Below, piece after piece: positions 47,838 through 58,286 of a DNA stretch of 64,000 nucleotides. The stretch is from contig CBDCXR010000004.1 in assembly GCA_965223845.1 (NCBI GenBank), forward strand, positions 4,320,001 to 4,384,000, in the 5' to 3' direction. Below the pieces are notes generated by a model. The model made no database searches, was not told the origin of the DNA, and saw only the letters and a program-made list of their open reading frames with translations. Source of the DNA: Planctomycetota bacterium. GTDB lineage: Bacteria > Planctomycetota > UBA8108 > SXIK01. A program made the position numbers and the translations under genes. Each line of letters opens with the position of its first letter. The first letter of the stretch is position 1.

Positions 47838-49865
47838 ATGTTGTGTCGGCTCGTGTTCGCGCTCGCTGCTCTGTTGGCGCTCGTCCCGTCGGACGACGCC
47901 CGCGGACAGCAGTTCAGCATCGATCATTTCAAGATCTACGACGTCGCGGATATTCCGACTCCCGCGTCCGTTCAGCTACGCGGCCAGTTCGACGAGGATT
48001 TCGTCCCGGCGCAGGTGCGTGCGCTCAGTTACTTCGCGACCCCGGTCGACAAGAACGGCGAAGGACTGATCAACCCGAACGCTCACTTGAGCTGGTACAG
48101 CATCGTCGAGCGCACGCGCACGGAACCGCGCTCGGTCATCGTGCGAAACCAGTTCGGGGAGGATCTGCTGACGGTCGGGCGACCGCTCTTCCTCCTCGCG
48201 CCCGCAGAGAAGAGGGAAGCAGGAAGTACGCGTCCGTCCAGGCTCAGCCACTTCAAGGTGTACGCGGTCAGCGAGACCGAGCCGATCAACGCGGTCGTTT
48301 CGCTCAAGGATCAGTTCGGCTCGAGCGAGAAGGTTCGCGTTCTCAATCCGATCCTGTTCGCCGTTCCGGTGGAGAAGATTCACGGGGACACCCGGGAAGA
48401 CATCGCCAACGAAGACGACCACCTCACGATCTATCGAGTCGCTCCGGCCGATCGCGAAGTGACCGATCAGTTCAAGACGGACCGTCCGATCGAGTTCCAT
48501 CCCTGCCGGTGGCTCGCGGTTCCGTCGAAGAAGCAGATCTGTGAAATCCCGCACTTCAAGGCCTACCCACTCGAAGCACAGCCCATCCAAGACAAGGTGG
48601 CGCTCAAGGGTCAATTCGACGAAGACTTCGTCGGGACGAAGCTCACTCGCCTGAGTCTCTTTGCGAATCCGGTGAGCAAGAACGGCGAGGGAATACCCGA
48701 TCGGAACGCCCATCTCAACTGGTACGAGATCGAGGGACCGACCGAGCCGGAGCGCACGCTCGAGATTCGTAACCAGTTCGGCGTCGAGCACATTCGCATC
48801 GGACAGCCGAAGTTTCTCGCGTCCCCGGCGGAGAAGCACGAGGAAGGAAGCGAGTTTCCGAAGCGCCTCGACCACTTCAAATGCTACGAAGTTCTCGAAG
48901 GACGGGCTCCCGACCGGGTCGTTTCGCTCGAGGATCAGTTCGGCCGCGACAACGAGATGCGGGTCCTCAAGCCTCGATTCTTTTGCGTTCCGGTGGAGAA
49001 GCTGCACGGGAGCGGCAAACCCACGCGCATTCACTGCCCCTCGCAGCATCTCACCGTCTACGACGTCGCGCCGAGGCCGCGAGTGGTAGTCGATCAGTTC
49101 GGAGTGCGTCAGATCGAGTTCGCGCCCTGTGAGCTTCTCTGCGTACCGACGCTGAAGAGGGTCACGGTGATTCCTCCGAAGCTCGATCACTTTGAAATCT
49201 ACGACGTCGAGCCCGTCTCGCCGAATCTCGGCCCCGACAATCGAGTCGATCTCACGGGCGCGGGCGGCGTGAGTCATGGGCACGTGTTTGTCGGCGACCA
49301 GACTCGCTTCGCCGTCGCCACGGACAAGAACGGCGAAGGTCTCGCAAACCGGCACGCGCATCTCACGGTATTCGATCTCGACCCGGACGGGTCGACGCCC
49401 GAGAGAACCGTCGAGTTCGAGAACCAATTCGGACCGCAATCGGCGCGGCTCGGAAGAAAGAGCCTCCTCCTCGTTCCCGCCCAAAAATTCGAAACTGGGA
49501 GCCAATTCCCGGCGGGACTCGACCATTACGTCGCCTTCGAGGTACTCGACGCGGCCGACACGGAGTTTGGCCCGGTGACGCTCGTAGACCAGCTGCCGTC
49601 GATCGGAGTCGAGAACGACCTCGAAGACCCTCGACCCGTACGCAAGCTGCGCTTCTTCGCCGTTCCGGTGCGGAAGAAGCACGGCGAAAGCACCTCGCCG
49701 GAAATTCAGAATCCGACGAAACACTTGGCGATCTACGACGTCGACCAGCGAAAGACGAATCAGCAGCGAGGCTGCCAGGATCAATTCGGACGACGCGGTT
49801 TCGTCATCCTGCAGAGCTCCATGCTCGCCGTACCGTCCGATTCGTCGACGTTCGCCGAGAACTGA
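47838..49865 (+). CDS. Secreted repeat protein built from H(F/L)xxY...DQFG...VPxxK units
   Basis: Signal peptide, GGAGG RBS, twelve His-containing subrepeats arranged in three super-repeats of about 210 aa. Confidence 0.85.
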   Translation: MLCRLVFALAALLALVPSDDARGQQFSIDHFKIYDVADIPTPASVQLRGQFDEDFVPAQVRALSYFATPVDKNGEGLINPNAHLSWYSIVERTRTEPRSVIVRNQFGEDLLTVGRPLFLLAPAEKREAGSTRPSRLSHFKVYAVSETEPINAVVSLKDQFGSSEKVRVLNPILFAVPVEKIHGDTREDIANEDDHLTIYRVAPADREVTDQFKTDRPIEFHPCRWLAVPSKKQICEIPHFKAYPLEAQPIQDKVALKGQFDEDFVGTKLTRLSLFANPVSKNGEGIPDRNAHLNWYEIEGPTEPERTLEIRNQFGVEHIRIGQPKFLASPAEKHEEGSEFPKRLDHFKCYEVLEGRAPDRVVSLEDQFGRDNEMRVLKPRFFCVPVEKLHGSGKPTRIHCPSQHLTVYDVAPRPRVVVDQFGVRQIEFAPCELLCVPTLKRVTVIPPKLDHFEIYDVEPVSPNLGPDNRVDLTGAGGVSHGHVFVGDQTRFAVATDKNGEGLANRHAHLTVFDLDPDGSTPERTVEFENQFGPQSARLGRKSLLLVPAQKFETGSQFPAGLDHYVAFEVLDAADTEFGPVTLVDQLPSIGVENDLEDPRPVRKLRFFAVPVRKKHGESTSPEIQNPTKHLAIYDVDQRKTNQQRGCQDQFGRRGFVILQSSMLAVPSDSSTFAEN

Positions 49866-49886
49866 CGTTCCATCGAGGCTGAACGA

Positions 49887-49931
49887 AGCACCGCCACCGC
49901 GACTCGTCGAGCAGTCCGCGGTGGCGGTGCT
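49887..49931. terminator. 15-bp perfect hairpin between convergent genes (probable bidirectional terminator)
   Basis: AGCACCGCCACCGCG (49887-49901) pairs with CGCGGTGGCGGTGCT (49917-49931); no U-tract. Confidence 0.65.
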
Positions 49932-49954
49932 CGGTTCGGAATCGATCGCGTCGA

Positions 49955-51418
49955 TTAAGCGAAGATGTCGTCGACCACCCGGCCGTGAACGTCCGTGAGT
50001 CGAAAATTCCGCCCCGCGTAGCGATAGGTCAACTTCTCGTGATCGAGGCCGAGAAGGTGAAGGATTGTCGCGTGGAGATCGTGGAAGTGGATCTTGTTCT
50101 CGACGGCGTAGTAGCCGTAGTCATCCGTCTTCCCGTAGCGGAGCCCACCCTTTACGCCGCCTCCGGCGAGGAACATCGAGTTCGCGTGCGGGTTGTGGTC
50201 GCGTCCGTCTTTGTTCCCTTGCTCGGTCGGAGTGCGACCGAACTCGCCCCCCCACCAGACGAGCGTATCCTCGAGAAGTCCGCGTGACTTCAGGTCGCGA
50301 ATGAGTCCGGCGATCGGCTTGTCGACTTCGGCGGCATTCGACGCGTGGTCTTTCCGAAGTCCGCCGTGCTGATCCCACTTGTAGCTGTGCGTGACCTGAA
50401 CGAAGCGGACTCCCGACTCGATGTACCGCCGCGCCATGAGGCACTGGAGACCGAAGTTGCGCGTCTTCGGCTGGTCGATCCCGTAGAGCTTCTTCGTCGC
50501 GTCGCTCTCGCGTCCGAGGTCCTGGAGAACGGGCACTTCGCGCTGCATGCGGAACGCCAGCTCGAACGACGCGATGCGCGACTCGAGCGCGTCGTCGGGA
50601 CCACTCCGCGCGAGGTGATTTCGGTTCAGCTCCGCGAGATAGTCCAGCTCCATCCGCTGCGCGTGCGGCGCGATGTCGGAGTTCGCAATGAACGGAATCT
50701 TCGCCTTCTCGGCCGGAATGCGCGAGCTACCGACGGGTGTTCCCTGATAGTGCGCAGGAAGGAAAGACGACGACCACGCGTTCACGCCTCCGTGCCCGAG
50801 CGTCGGACAAATCGTGACGAACCCGGGAAGATCCTGACTCTCCGATCCGAGACCGTACGTGATCCACGAGCCGATCGACGGGCGCACGAACGTGTCGGAG
50901 CCGGTGTGGAGCTCGAGTAGAGCTCCGCCGTGACGCGAATTCGAGCCGTGGACGGAGTTGAGGAGGCAGAGGTCGTCGGCGACTCCACCGACGTACGGGA
51001 AGAGATCGGAGATCGGGAGTCCGCTCTCGCCGTAGCGACGAAACTCCCACGGCGACGCGAGAAGGTTGCCGGTCTTTCCCGACTGGATGCGCGGCTTCGT
51101 TCCCGGGAACGGTTTGCCGCCGTCGCGCTGGAGAAGCGGCTTGTAGTCGAAGGTATCGACCTGCGACGGACCGCCGTGCATGAACATGAAGATGACATTC
51201 TTCGCACGCGGACGAACGAAGCCTTCACGAGGCTCGAGAGGTCCATGCGTGCGCTCGCGCAGCTTCGCTCCGCCCGGCAATCCCGCGACCGCAGCGTCCG
51301 CCCCGAGGAGTCCGGCGAGGGCGATTCCACCGAAGCCGACACCCGACCGAGCGAGCATTTCGCGCCGCGAGCAGGGCTGCGGCTCGAAATCGAAGCAGGC
51401 GGAACGGCGAGTCGTCAT
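49955..51418 (-). CDS. DUF1501 domain protein (Tat-type leader)
   Basis: SRREML, FMHGGPSQVDTFDYKP, WDQH, EFGRTP, GRDHNP, RLTDVHG. Confidence 0.92.
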   Translation of the reverse strand: MTTRRSACFDFEPQPCSRREMLARSGVGFGGIALAGLLGADAAVAGLPGGAKLRERTHGPLEPREGFVRPRAKNVIFMFMHGGPSQVDTFDYKPLLQRDGGKPFPGTKPRIQSGKTGNLLASPWEFRRYGESGLPISDLFPYVGGVADDLCLLNSVHGSNSRHGGALLELHTGSDTFVRPSIGSWITYGLGSESQDLPGFVTICPTLGHGGVNAWSSSFLPAHYQGTPVGSSRIPAEKAKIPFIANSDIAPHAQRMELDYLAELNRNHLARSGPDDALESRIASFELAFRMQREVPVLQDLGRESDATKKLYGIDQPKTRNFGLQCLMARRYIESGVRFVQVTHSYKWDQHGGLRKDHASNAAEVDKPIAGLIRDLKSRGLLEDTLVWWGGEFGRTPTEQGNKDGRDHNPHANSMFLAGGGVKGGLRYGKTDDYGYYAVENKIHFHDLHATILHLLGLDHEKLTYRYAGRNFRLTDVHGRVVDDIFA

Positions 51419-51504
51419 GACGGGCGTTTCCTCCGTTTCGTCAGCGCACGGCGCGGCGAGAGTCGATCGATCCGGCGACGTCCGGATCTCCGCCGCAGAA
51501 CGGA

Positions 51505-54500
51505 TCAATCAAGGTACACGAACTCGCTCGCGGCGACCAGCACGCGGCAGAGCCCCTGCCACGCGCGACGACGGATCCCATCCGCGTCGCGGGCGTCGCC
51601 GGTGCCCTTTAGCGCGCTCGCGTAGTCGCGAACGAAGGCGAGACCGCGATCGACTTCGTCTGCGCGCGCCGGCCGCCCGTAGAGCGTCCAGTAGAGCGCG
51701 CGAACGCGCGCGCCGTCGTCGAGTTCTCGACGGGCGAGAAGCGACTTCGCCGCGGAGAGCGTCTGCTCAAGGACGATCTTCCCGTTCATCATGAAGAGCG
51801 CTTGCGGCGCCACCGTCGTCGAAGCACGCTCCCCGGCGGGAACGCTCGGGTCGGCGAAATCGAAGGTCTGAAATACCTGATAGACCGCACTGCGAAGAAT
51901 CGGAAGGTAGACGGATCGCCGCGAGAAGTCGTACGTCCCTTCCTTCGAACCGGTGCCGGTGACGTAGGCGCGGTTCTTGTCGGGCATGAGCTGACCGCCG
52001 ATCGCGACGTCGAGCTCACCCCCGAACGCGAGGAGCGAGTCGCGGATTTCCTCAGCGGACAGACGGCGCCGATCGAAACGCCAGCGGAGCCGATTCTCCG
52101 GATCGATCTCGTTCGCGCGCGGGTCGAACTGCGTTCCCATCCGGTAGGTCGACGACGTGAGAATCTCGCGGTGGAGATCCTTGATCGACCACCCGAGCTC
52201 GACGAATCGATTCGCGAGCCAATCGAGAAGCGCCGGGTGCGTCGGACGCTCGCCGAGCCGGCCGAAGTTGTCCGGACTGCGGACGATTCCCTCGCCGAAG
52301 TGCCAGAGCCAAACGCGGTTCACCATCACGCGAGCGGTGAGTGGATGCTCCGGCGACGCGAGCCACTCGGCGAGCTCGAGCCGGCCGCTTCGGTCGCTCG
52401 CGATCGCCGCGGGCAAGCCCGTCGAGAAAACTTCGGGAAACCCGCGCGGCGCGTCCTCCCCAAGCGTGAGGTAGTTGCCTCGGATGTGCACTCGAAGATC
52501 TTCGACCTTGCCGTCGCGAACACCCATCGCGCGGGGGAAGACCGGCTTCGCCTTCTCGAGCTCGTTCTTGTCTTCATCGAATCGAGTCAGCGCCTCACGT
52601 TCCGAAGCGGGGAACAACGCGCGCGGATCCTTTCCGAGCCGAAACGGTCCAGCCTTCACGTCGCTCGCTGCCTTTCGAAGCGCCTCGACGACCGGAGCCA
52701 GCGACGGCGAGCCGCCGCCGCGGAGCGCTTCGGCGAGCTCGGTCAGCTTCGCGTCCCGGTCGGACGGCGAAAGTCCGGCCCACGACCGCCACGGTTCGAC
52801 TTCGCGGAGTGCGCGGACGTGAGCGATCCAGGCGGTCACGAACGCGGGTACGAGAGGCGCGGCCTCGGTTTCACCATCGTCCTTCGCGCGCGGCGACTCG
52901 GCAACGCGGACCAGCAGCACCTTGTCGATGTGCGGAACGGGACCGGCGGTGCGTTCGAGACGAAGAATCGTTCGCTCACGCGCAAGCTCGAAGACGCCTT
53001 CGAGATGCCATCGCTGGTGCTTCGGGTACCACCCGCCCGTGACGCCCTTCGCGCCGTCTTCGAGAACGGTCTTGCCGTCGATCGATATCGCGACCGGACG
53101 GGAGTCGGCGGCAGCGTACCGAAGCTCGAGCTGGTAGCGGCCCGGAGGGAGATCGAGGTCGTACTCGACGAAGCCCACATGGAGAAGAACGCCGACCTTC
53201 GATCCCCAGTTCGTGCGATCGACGGAGAGACTTCCACGCTGAAATGCTTCGGCTTCGAAGAGCGCGCCGCGCCCGCGGAGTGGGCCCGAGGCGAAATCGG
53301 CGGGAGAGATCGTACTGCCGATCGATGCCGAGCCGTCCGCCGGTGCGGGGCCCGTCCGGAGCGCAGTCTGCGCCGCCGCGAACACGTACTCCGCGAGCCG
53401 CGAGCGCGCACCATGGAGAAGCTTCGCCTTCGCGGCGCTCTCTCGCGCCTCGACGTTCCTTCTGATCTCCGAGACGCGCTTTTCGATCGCGGCGAGCTTC
53501 TCGCGGTCGGCGCGGGTCGCGAGCTCGTGCTCGTGCCATTCCGCTACGACCTTGAAGTTCTCCATCGTCTTCGTCGATTTGAAGATTCCCGCAAGGGCGT
53601 AGTAGTCGCGCGAAGAGATCGGATCGAATTTGTGATCGTGGCAGCGCGCACAACCCATCGTGATCCCCATGAACGCACGCGAGAGCGTGTCGACTTGCTC
53701 GTCGACGATATCGAGCTCCATCTTCCGGCCGTCGTCGCACGCGAGCATCTTCGGGCCGATCGAAAGAAACCCCGTGGCGACGCGACGTCGAAACGCGACC
53801 CGCTCGACCTCGTCGTCCGCCGCCTCGATCGGAGGGATCAAATCTCCGGCAATCTGCTCGCGCACGAACTCGTCGTACGGAAGATCCTCGTTGAACGCGG
53901 CGATCACGTAGTCGCGGTAACGAAACGCATTCGCGTAGGCGAGGTTCTCATCGACTCCGTTCGAGTCCGCGTAGCGAGCGACGTCGAGCCAGTGTCTCCC
54001 CCACCGCTCGCCGTAACGAGGCGACGCGAGAAGACGATCGATCGCACGCTCGTACGCTCCCGGATCGTCGTCCGCGAGATAGGCGTCGATCTCCGCGCGC
54101 GTCGGCGGAAGACCGGTGAGATCGAATGTAACGCGACGAAGGAGCGTGAGTGGATCGGCTTCGGGTGCGGGTGCGAGACCGGCCTCCTCGAGGCGCGCGA
54201 TCACGAAGCGATCGATGGGAGAGCGGCACCAAGTCTCCGCGCGGACCGCAGGCGGATCGCTCGCGCGGTGGGCCCGGAACGCCCAGAACTGGCGCGCACT
54301 CTCGAGGTCGAGCGCTTCGGCGGTATCGCGCGGAGCGGCTCCCGCCGGACCGGAACGCGGATCGGGGACGCCGAGCTCGATCCACCGCACAAAATCCGCG
54401 ACGACCGCCGAGGGAAGCTTCCCCGCTGGCGGCATCTGAAACTCCGCGTCGTCGTAGCGGAGTGCGGTGATCAACCGGCTCGCCGCGGGGTCACCGGGTA

Positions 54501-54795
54501 CGACGACCGGACCGCCGTCGCCGCCGGCGAGCAGACCGGCCTTCGAGTCGAGATAGAGTCCGCCGTGCAGTCGTTTTGCGTTCGCGGAGTGGCAGCCGTA
54601 GCACTTCTCGACGAGGACGGGCCGAATCTTCGTCTCAAAGAACTCCCGCGCGCTCGCGGACAGACGATGCTCCGGCTTGCTGGCCGTGAGCTCGAGCGGA
54701 GACGCCGCAGAGATCGTCCAAACGCCAGCCACGAAGAGACACGCGATCGGTGCGTGTCTTCGGACCTTCGACGGAGAAGGAGACGAGAAAACCAA
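51505..54795 (-). CDS. PSCyt1 plus DUF1549/DUF1553 protein with a CBM6/35-like insert
   Basis: FFETKIRPVLVEKCYGCH, ERWGRHWLDVARYADS, CARCHDHKFDP; insert FEAEAF..YQLELRYAAADSRP..PHIDKV. Confidence 0.92.
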   Translation of the reverse strand: MVFSSPSPSKVRRHAPIACLFVAGVWTISAASPLELTASKPEHRLSASAREFFETKIRPVLVEKCYGCHSANAKRLHGGLYLDSKAGLLAGGDGGPVVVPGDPAASRLITALRYDDAEFQMPPAGKLPSAVVADFVRWIELGVPDPRSGPAGAAPRDTAEALDLESARQFWAFRAHRASDPPAVRAETWCRSPIDRFVIARLEEAGLAPAPEADPLTLLRRVTFDLTGLPPTRAEIDAYLADDDPGAYERAIDRLLASPRYGERWGRHWLDVARYADSNGVDENLAYANAFRYRDYVIAAFNEDLPYDEFVREQIAGDLIPPIEAADDEVERVAFRRRVATGFLSIGPKMLACDDGRKMELDIVDEQVDTLSRAFMGITMGCARCHDHKFDPISSRDYYALAGIFKSTKTMENFKVVAEWHEHELATRADREKLAAIEKRVSEIRRNVEARESAAKAKLLHGARSRLAEYVFAAAQTALRTGPAPADGSASIGSTISPADFASGPLRGRGALFEAEAFQRGSLSVDRTNWGSKVGVLLHVGFVEYDLDLPPGRYQLELRYAAADSRPVAISIDGKTVLEDGAKGVTGGWYPKHQRWHLEGVFELARERTILRLERTAGPVPHIDKVLLVRVAESPRAKDDGETEAAPLVPAFVTAWIAHVRALREVEPWRSWAGLSPSDRDAKLTELAEALRGGGSPSLAPVVEALRKAASDVKAGPFRLGKDPRALFPASEREALTRFDEDKNELEKAKPVFPRAMGVRDGKVEDLRVHIRGNYLTLGEDAPRGFPEVFSTGLPAAIASDRSGRLELAEWLASPEHPLTARVMVNRVWLWHFGEGIVRSPDNFGRLGERPTHPALLDWLANRFVELGWSIKDLHREILTSSTYRMGTQFDPRANEIDPENRLRWRFDRRRLSAEEIRDSLLAFGGELDVAIGGQLMPDKNRAYVTGTGSKEGTYDFSRRSVYLPILRSAVYQVFQTFDFADPSVPAGERASTTVAPQALFMMNGKIVLEQTLSAAKSLLARRELDDGARVRALYWTLYGRPARADEVDRGLAFVRDYASALKGTGDARDADGIRRRAWQGLCRVLVAASEFVYLD

Positions 54796-55005
54796 GACCG
54801 GACCTCTTTGCGCGCCGTTCGCCGTATCTCGCTGCCTCCAGCATTAGACTGCGGTGCGTGCATCGCAACAACCGGGAATCCAGCGACCAGCGGGACGGGC
54901 GATCAACCTCGCCGACGCGCGCCGCGGCGGAGGAGTTCGTCTTTTGACCGCGCCGACGACGCACGACCTCGACCGGTTAGAGTGTCGACGCTCGAGTCAG
55001 CTCGA

Positions 55006-56103
55006 TCACGATCCTGGCGGCGGCAGGTCGTACGGAGCGATACCGTCTGAAAGCCGAAACGCCACCGCGAACGGAAACTCGCCCTTGGGCGCATTGCGCG
55101 TATAGCGTCCCTCGCCCCAGTAGTCACCCTTGACGACGACGTCGAAGCGAGCGAGGCGACCGTTCTCGACGAGGACGAATCCGAGAATCTCTGCCTTGTA
55201 GCCTCGATCGCCGGCAGCGCTCTCGAAGTGGACCTTGCCGGTGAGGCGTCCCTCGTCCAGCGTGATCTCGAACGACTTCACCTCGCTCTTTCGCCAGCGG
55301 CCCGGTTCGCCACGAGTGTTGTCGTTCAGCAGCGGAGAGATCCGCTGCTTCAACTCGTCGGGCATCCGCCCGCCCGCGAGTGCCGCGATCTCTTCCTTCG
55401 CGATCCAGAGATGATCGCGCGCGAGCGACTGCTGATGGATCCGTCGAAATCGATCGTCCGGCGGTTCGTATCCGCCCAGCACACGCGACGTCACGAGAAC
55501 GGCCTGGCTGCCTTTCGGTAGGGACCACAGCGGCCCGGCGCTCTCGTGGCCCTCCAAGATCTTCGGCAGACCATCCTTCGGTTCGTGCGCGTCGAGCGCG
55601 CGTTTGAGCAGCTTCCATGCCGCGTCCCCCCTCACGGTATTCGAGTAGGAGAGCAGTTCGGCGGATGGAGTAAAGAAGTAGAGTCCCTGGTTGTAACCGC
55701 TCACCTTTTCGCCGGTCTGGCGGACGAGCTTTTCGAAGAGGACGTACTCCACGTCCTTGCGTCGCCGATGGTGATGCTGGTTCACCGCGACGCTGACGAA
55801 CTTGCTCTTGATCTCTCGCACGAACTCGGCGTCGCCAAAGACCGTCACGCGGTCTGTGATGCCGTTGTTTCACACGCACCCGAGCGGGTGACCGGAGCGC
55901 ACGACCATGAAGACGGGCTTCTTCTCCCGCGAAGCTTGAACGCAAGCCTCCGCGAGCGAGGTCTTCCACGCGATGCTGGACCAGCCCTCTTCCTTGGGGG
56001 GACGCAGCTTCTCGTGGATTCTCGCGAATTCCTCATCGTCGAGCTTGGTCGACGGTTCGAGCGCGGTCTGTCCGAGCAGAATCAGAACGGCGAGCGTGGT
56101 CAT
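55006..56103 (-). CDS. Putative secreted selenoprotein: thioredoxin-like N-terminal domain with a CxU motif, read through TGA 55870-55872
   Basis: ORFs 55870-56103 and 55006-55848 are in the same frame and join as GHPLGCV-TGA-NNGITDRVTVF. A SECIS-like hairpin follows directly. Confidence 0.75.
55823..55869 (-). promoter_or_regulatory. Putative bacterial SECIS element
   Basis: After the UGA: upper stem AGACCG/CGGUCU, loop CGUGA starting 21 nt downstream, lower stem CGGC/GCCG and AAC/GUU. Confidence 0.6.
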
Positions 56104-56340
56104 GGCGGTTTCTCTCCCGTGTCGAGTTCGACGGCTCAGATTCGTCGTTTTCGAGGTCCATTCGTCCCGCAACGTACCCCGTTTCCGCTGGGTGGGTTAT
56201 TCTCGTTCAGTCACAGAAGAAAGTCACGAGGTGCGATCGACCGCCGCCCGTTGCGCCGGACACTCTAGCCGTCAGCGCCCGCCCATCGGGGAGAACGATC
56301 GTCACCCGCTGAGAACACGCCCCCGCCGGAATCCTCAACC

Positions 56341-57690
56341 ATGCGATCGCTTCGTCTCTTTGTCGCTGCAATCCTATCGTTAGTCGATCCCATCTCGACC
56401 ACGGTCATCGGGGCGCCGCAGGAGCCAGTTGTTCTGAATGACAACGGAGGCTGGTGCTGGTTTCAGGATGAACGCGTCATCGTCGTCGGCGATCTTCTCG
56501 TTACCGGATCCGTCGCCACGAAACGCGGAACCGGTGGCGACCGGCGCGCGGGGAACATCGAGGTGGCCGCCTACGACCTGAAGACGAACGCGCCGCACGG
56601 TGTCGCAGTTCTGAACGAACGACTCGAAAGCGACGACCACAACGTCCCGGCGTTTCTCGTTCGGCCGGACGGACGACTCCTCGCCGTCTACGCGCGGCAC
56701 GGAACGGATCACCTGGTCCGATTCCGCATCTCGACCCGACCGGGAGATCCGCTCGAGTGGGAGCCGGAGCGTCAGCTCGATCGAAAGACGAGCGTCACGT
56801 ACTCGAACCTCTTTCGACTCGCCGCGGAAAACCATGGGAAGGGTCGGATCTACAACTTCTACCGGGGCGAAGGATGGAACCCGAACTTCGTCATTTCCGA
56901 CGATGACGGGAAGACGTGGACCTACGGCGGGCGACTGGTGAAGTTCAGCGGACGCCCGTACCTGAAGTACGCGTCCAATGGTCGCGACGAGGTCCACTTC
57001 GTCACGACCGAGCACCATCCCCGAAACTACGACAACAGCATCTACCACGGCTTCGTGCGGCGAGGCGTCGTGCACGCCTCGGACGGAACGCCGATCAAGA
57101 ATCTCTCGGAGGGTCCGATCGTTCCCTCGGACGCGACCCGTGTCTTCGCTGGGGACAGAGACCGGGTCGCCTGGCCCATCGATCTCCATCTCGACGCCGA
57201 GGGCCGGCCGCGCATCGGGTATTCCGTGCAGATGAACGAGGATCCACGTGATCTTCGCTACCGCTTCGCGCGATGGGATGGTTCTCGCTGGAACGATCAC
57301 GCCATGGGCCGCGCCGGATCGGCGCTCTACCTTAGGGAGTCCGACTACAGCGGCCTGATCGCGCTCCATCCGGACGACCCGGCGACCGTGTTCATCGCCG
57401 CCGACGTGCACCCCGTCACGGGCGATCCGCTCGTGAGCAAGGCCGACGGTCGACGGCACTACGAGATCTTTCGCGGCCGAAGTCCGGACCGTGGCGCTTC
57501 TTGGAGATGGTCTCCGATCACCAAGGATTCGACCGCGGACAACATTCGCCCGATCGTGCCGCGCTGGAAGCCGGAGCGAACGATCCTCCTCTGGCTCCGC
57601 GGAGAGTATTTGACGTACACGGACTACGATCTCGACGTCGTCGTTCTCGTCGATCCCAAACCACTCGCGATCGAGGGCGGCGAACGCTGA
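56341..57690 (+). CDS. Secreted BNR-4 repeat (beta-propeller) protein
   Basis: NGGWCWFQDER, DDHNVP, TYSNL, SDDDGKTW (Asp-box), RPYLKY, NIRPIVP. Confidence 0.85.
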   Translation: MRSLRLFVAAILSLVDPISTTVIGAPQEPVVLNDNGGWCWFQDERVIVVGDLLVTGSVATKRGTGGDRRAGNIEVAAYDLKTNAPHGVAVLNERLESDDHNVPAFLVRPDGRLLAVYARHGTDHLVRFRISTRPGDPLEWEPERQLDRKTSVTYSNLFRLAAENHGKGRIYNFYRGEGWNPNFVISDDDGKTWTYGGRLVKFSGRPYLKYASNGRDEVHFVTTEHHPRNYDNSIYHGFVRRGVVHASDGTPIKNLSEGPIVPSDATRVFAGDRDRVAWPIDLHLDAEGRPRIGYSVQMNEDPRDLRYRFARWDGSRWNDHAMGRAGSALYLRESDYSGLIALHPDDPATVFIAADVHPVTGDPLVSKADGRRHYEIFRGRSPDRGASWRWSPITKDSTADNIRPIVPRWKPERTILLWLRGEYLTYTDYDLDVVVLVDPKPLAIEGGER

Positions 57691-57697
57691 GGTTCAA

Positions 57698-58060
57698 TTA
57701 CACTTCACGCTCTTCGGCGAGGAACGCGGTCGAGCGCGAGTGATCGATGAACTTCGACTCGTCCTCGTGGAGGATCGCGCCGAGCTTCTGCCCTTCCGGA
57801 GAGCTCATGGCATCGATGAACGCCTGCTCCGACTCGAACCAGACTTCCGCGACCCCGTCGAACTCCTGCACCATTCCCCGTGATTCGCGGAGCATCTCGT
57901 TCGCAGGAGAATCGATCGTGTGGTCTTGCACGTATCGCTTGGCCCGATGAGTTTCCGCAAACGAGTGGAAAAGCGGCGCGTGCCGATTCAGCCAGTAATC
58001 CTGAAACTCTTCTCGAGACAGGTCCGGGTGGCGGTGGAGGCACATGACGAACTTGATCAC
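57698..58060 (-). CDS. EthD domain protein
   Basis: LSREEFQDYWLNRHAPL, RYVQDH, FDGVAEVWFES, DESKFID; AAGGAG RBS. Confidence 0.9.
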   Translation of the reverse strand: MIKFVMCLHRHPDLSREEFQDYWLNRHAPLFHSFAETHRAKRYVQDHTIDSPANEMLRESRGMVQEFDGVAEVWFESEQAFIDAMSSPEGQKLGAILHEDESKFIDHSRSTAFLAEEREV

Positions 58061-58286
58061 GATCGCGAGCTCCTTGATTCTGCATCGGTTGTTCCTCCCG
58101 CTCGACCGCCGGACCCAGGTCGGTGACGACTTCGGTTCGTGGGCTGCCGAGCGAGAACGGATGCTCGTCGAGACGGCTCGCCGATCCTACCCGCTCGAGA
58201 GAGCGCGATCGAGTCGCGCTCGTCCCGTAGAGCTCGTACCAGGAACCTCCCGCGCGTGGTTCGCCGGTTTCGAAACGAGCGTCACT

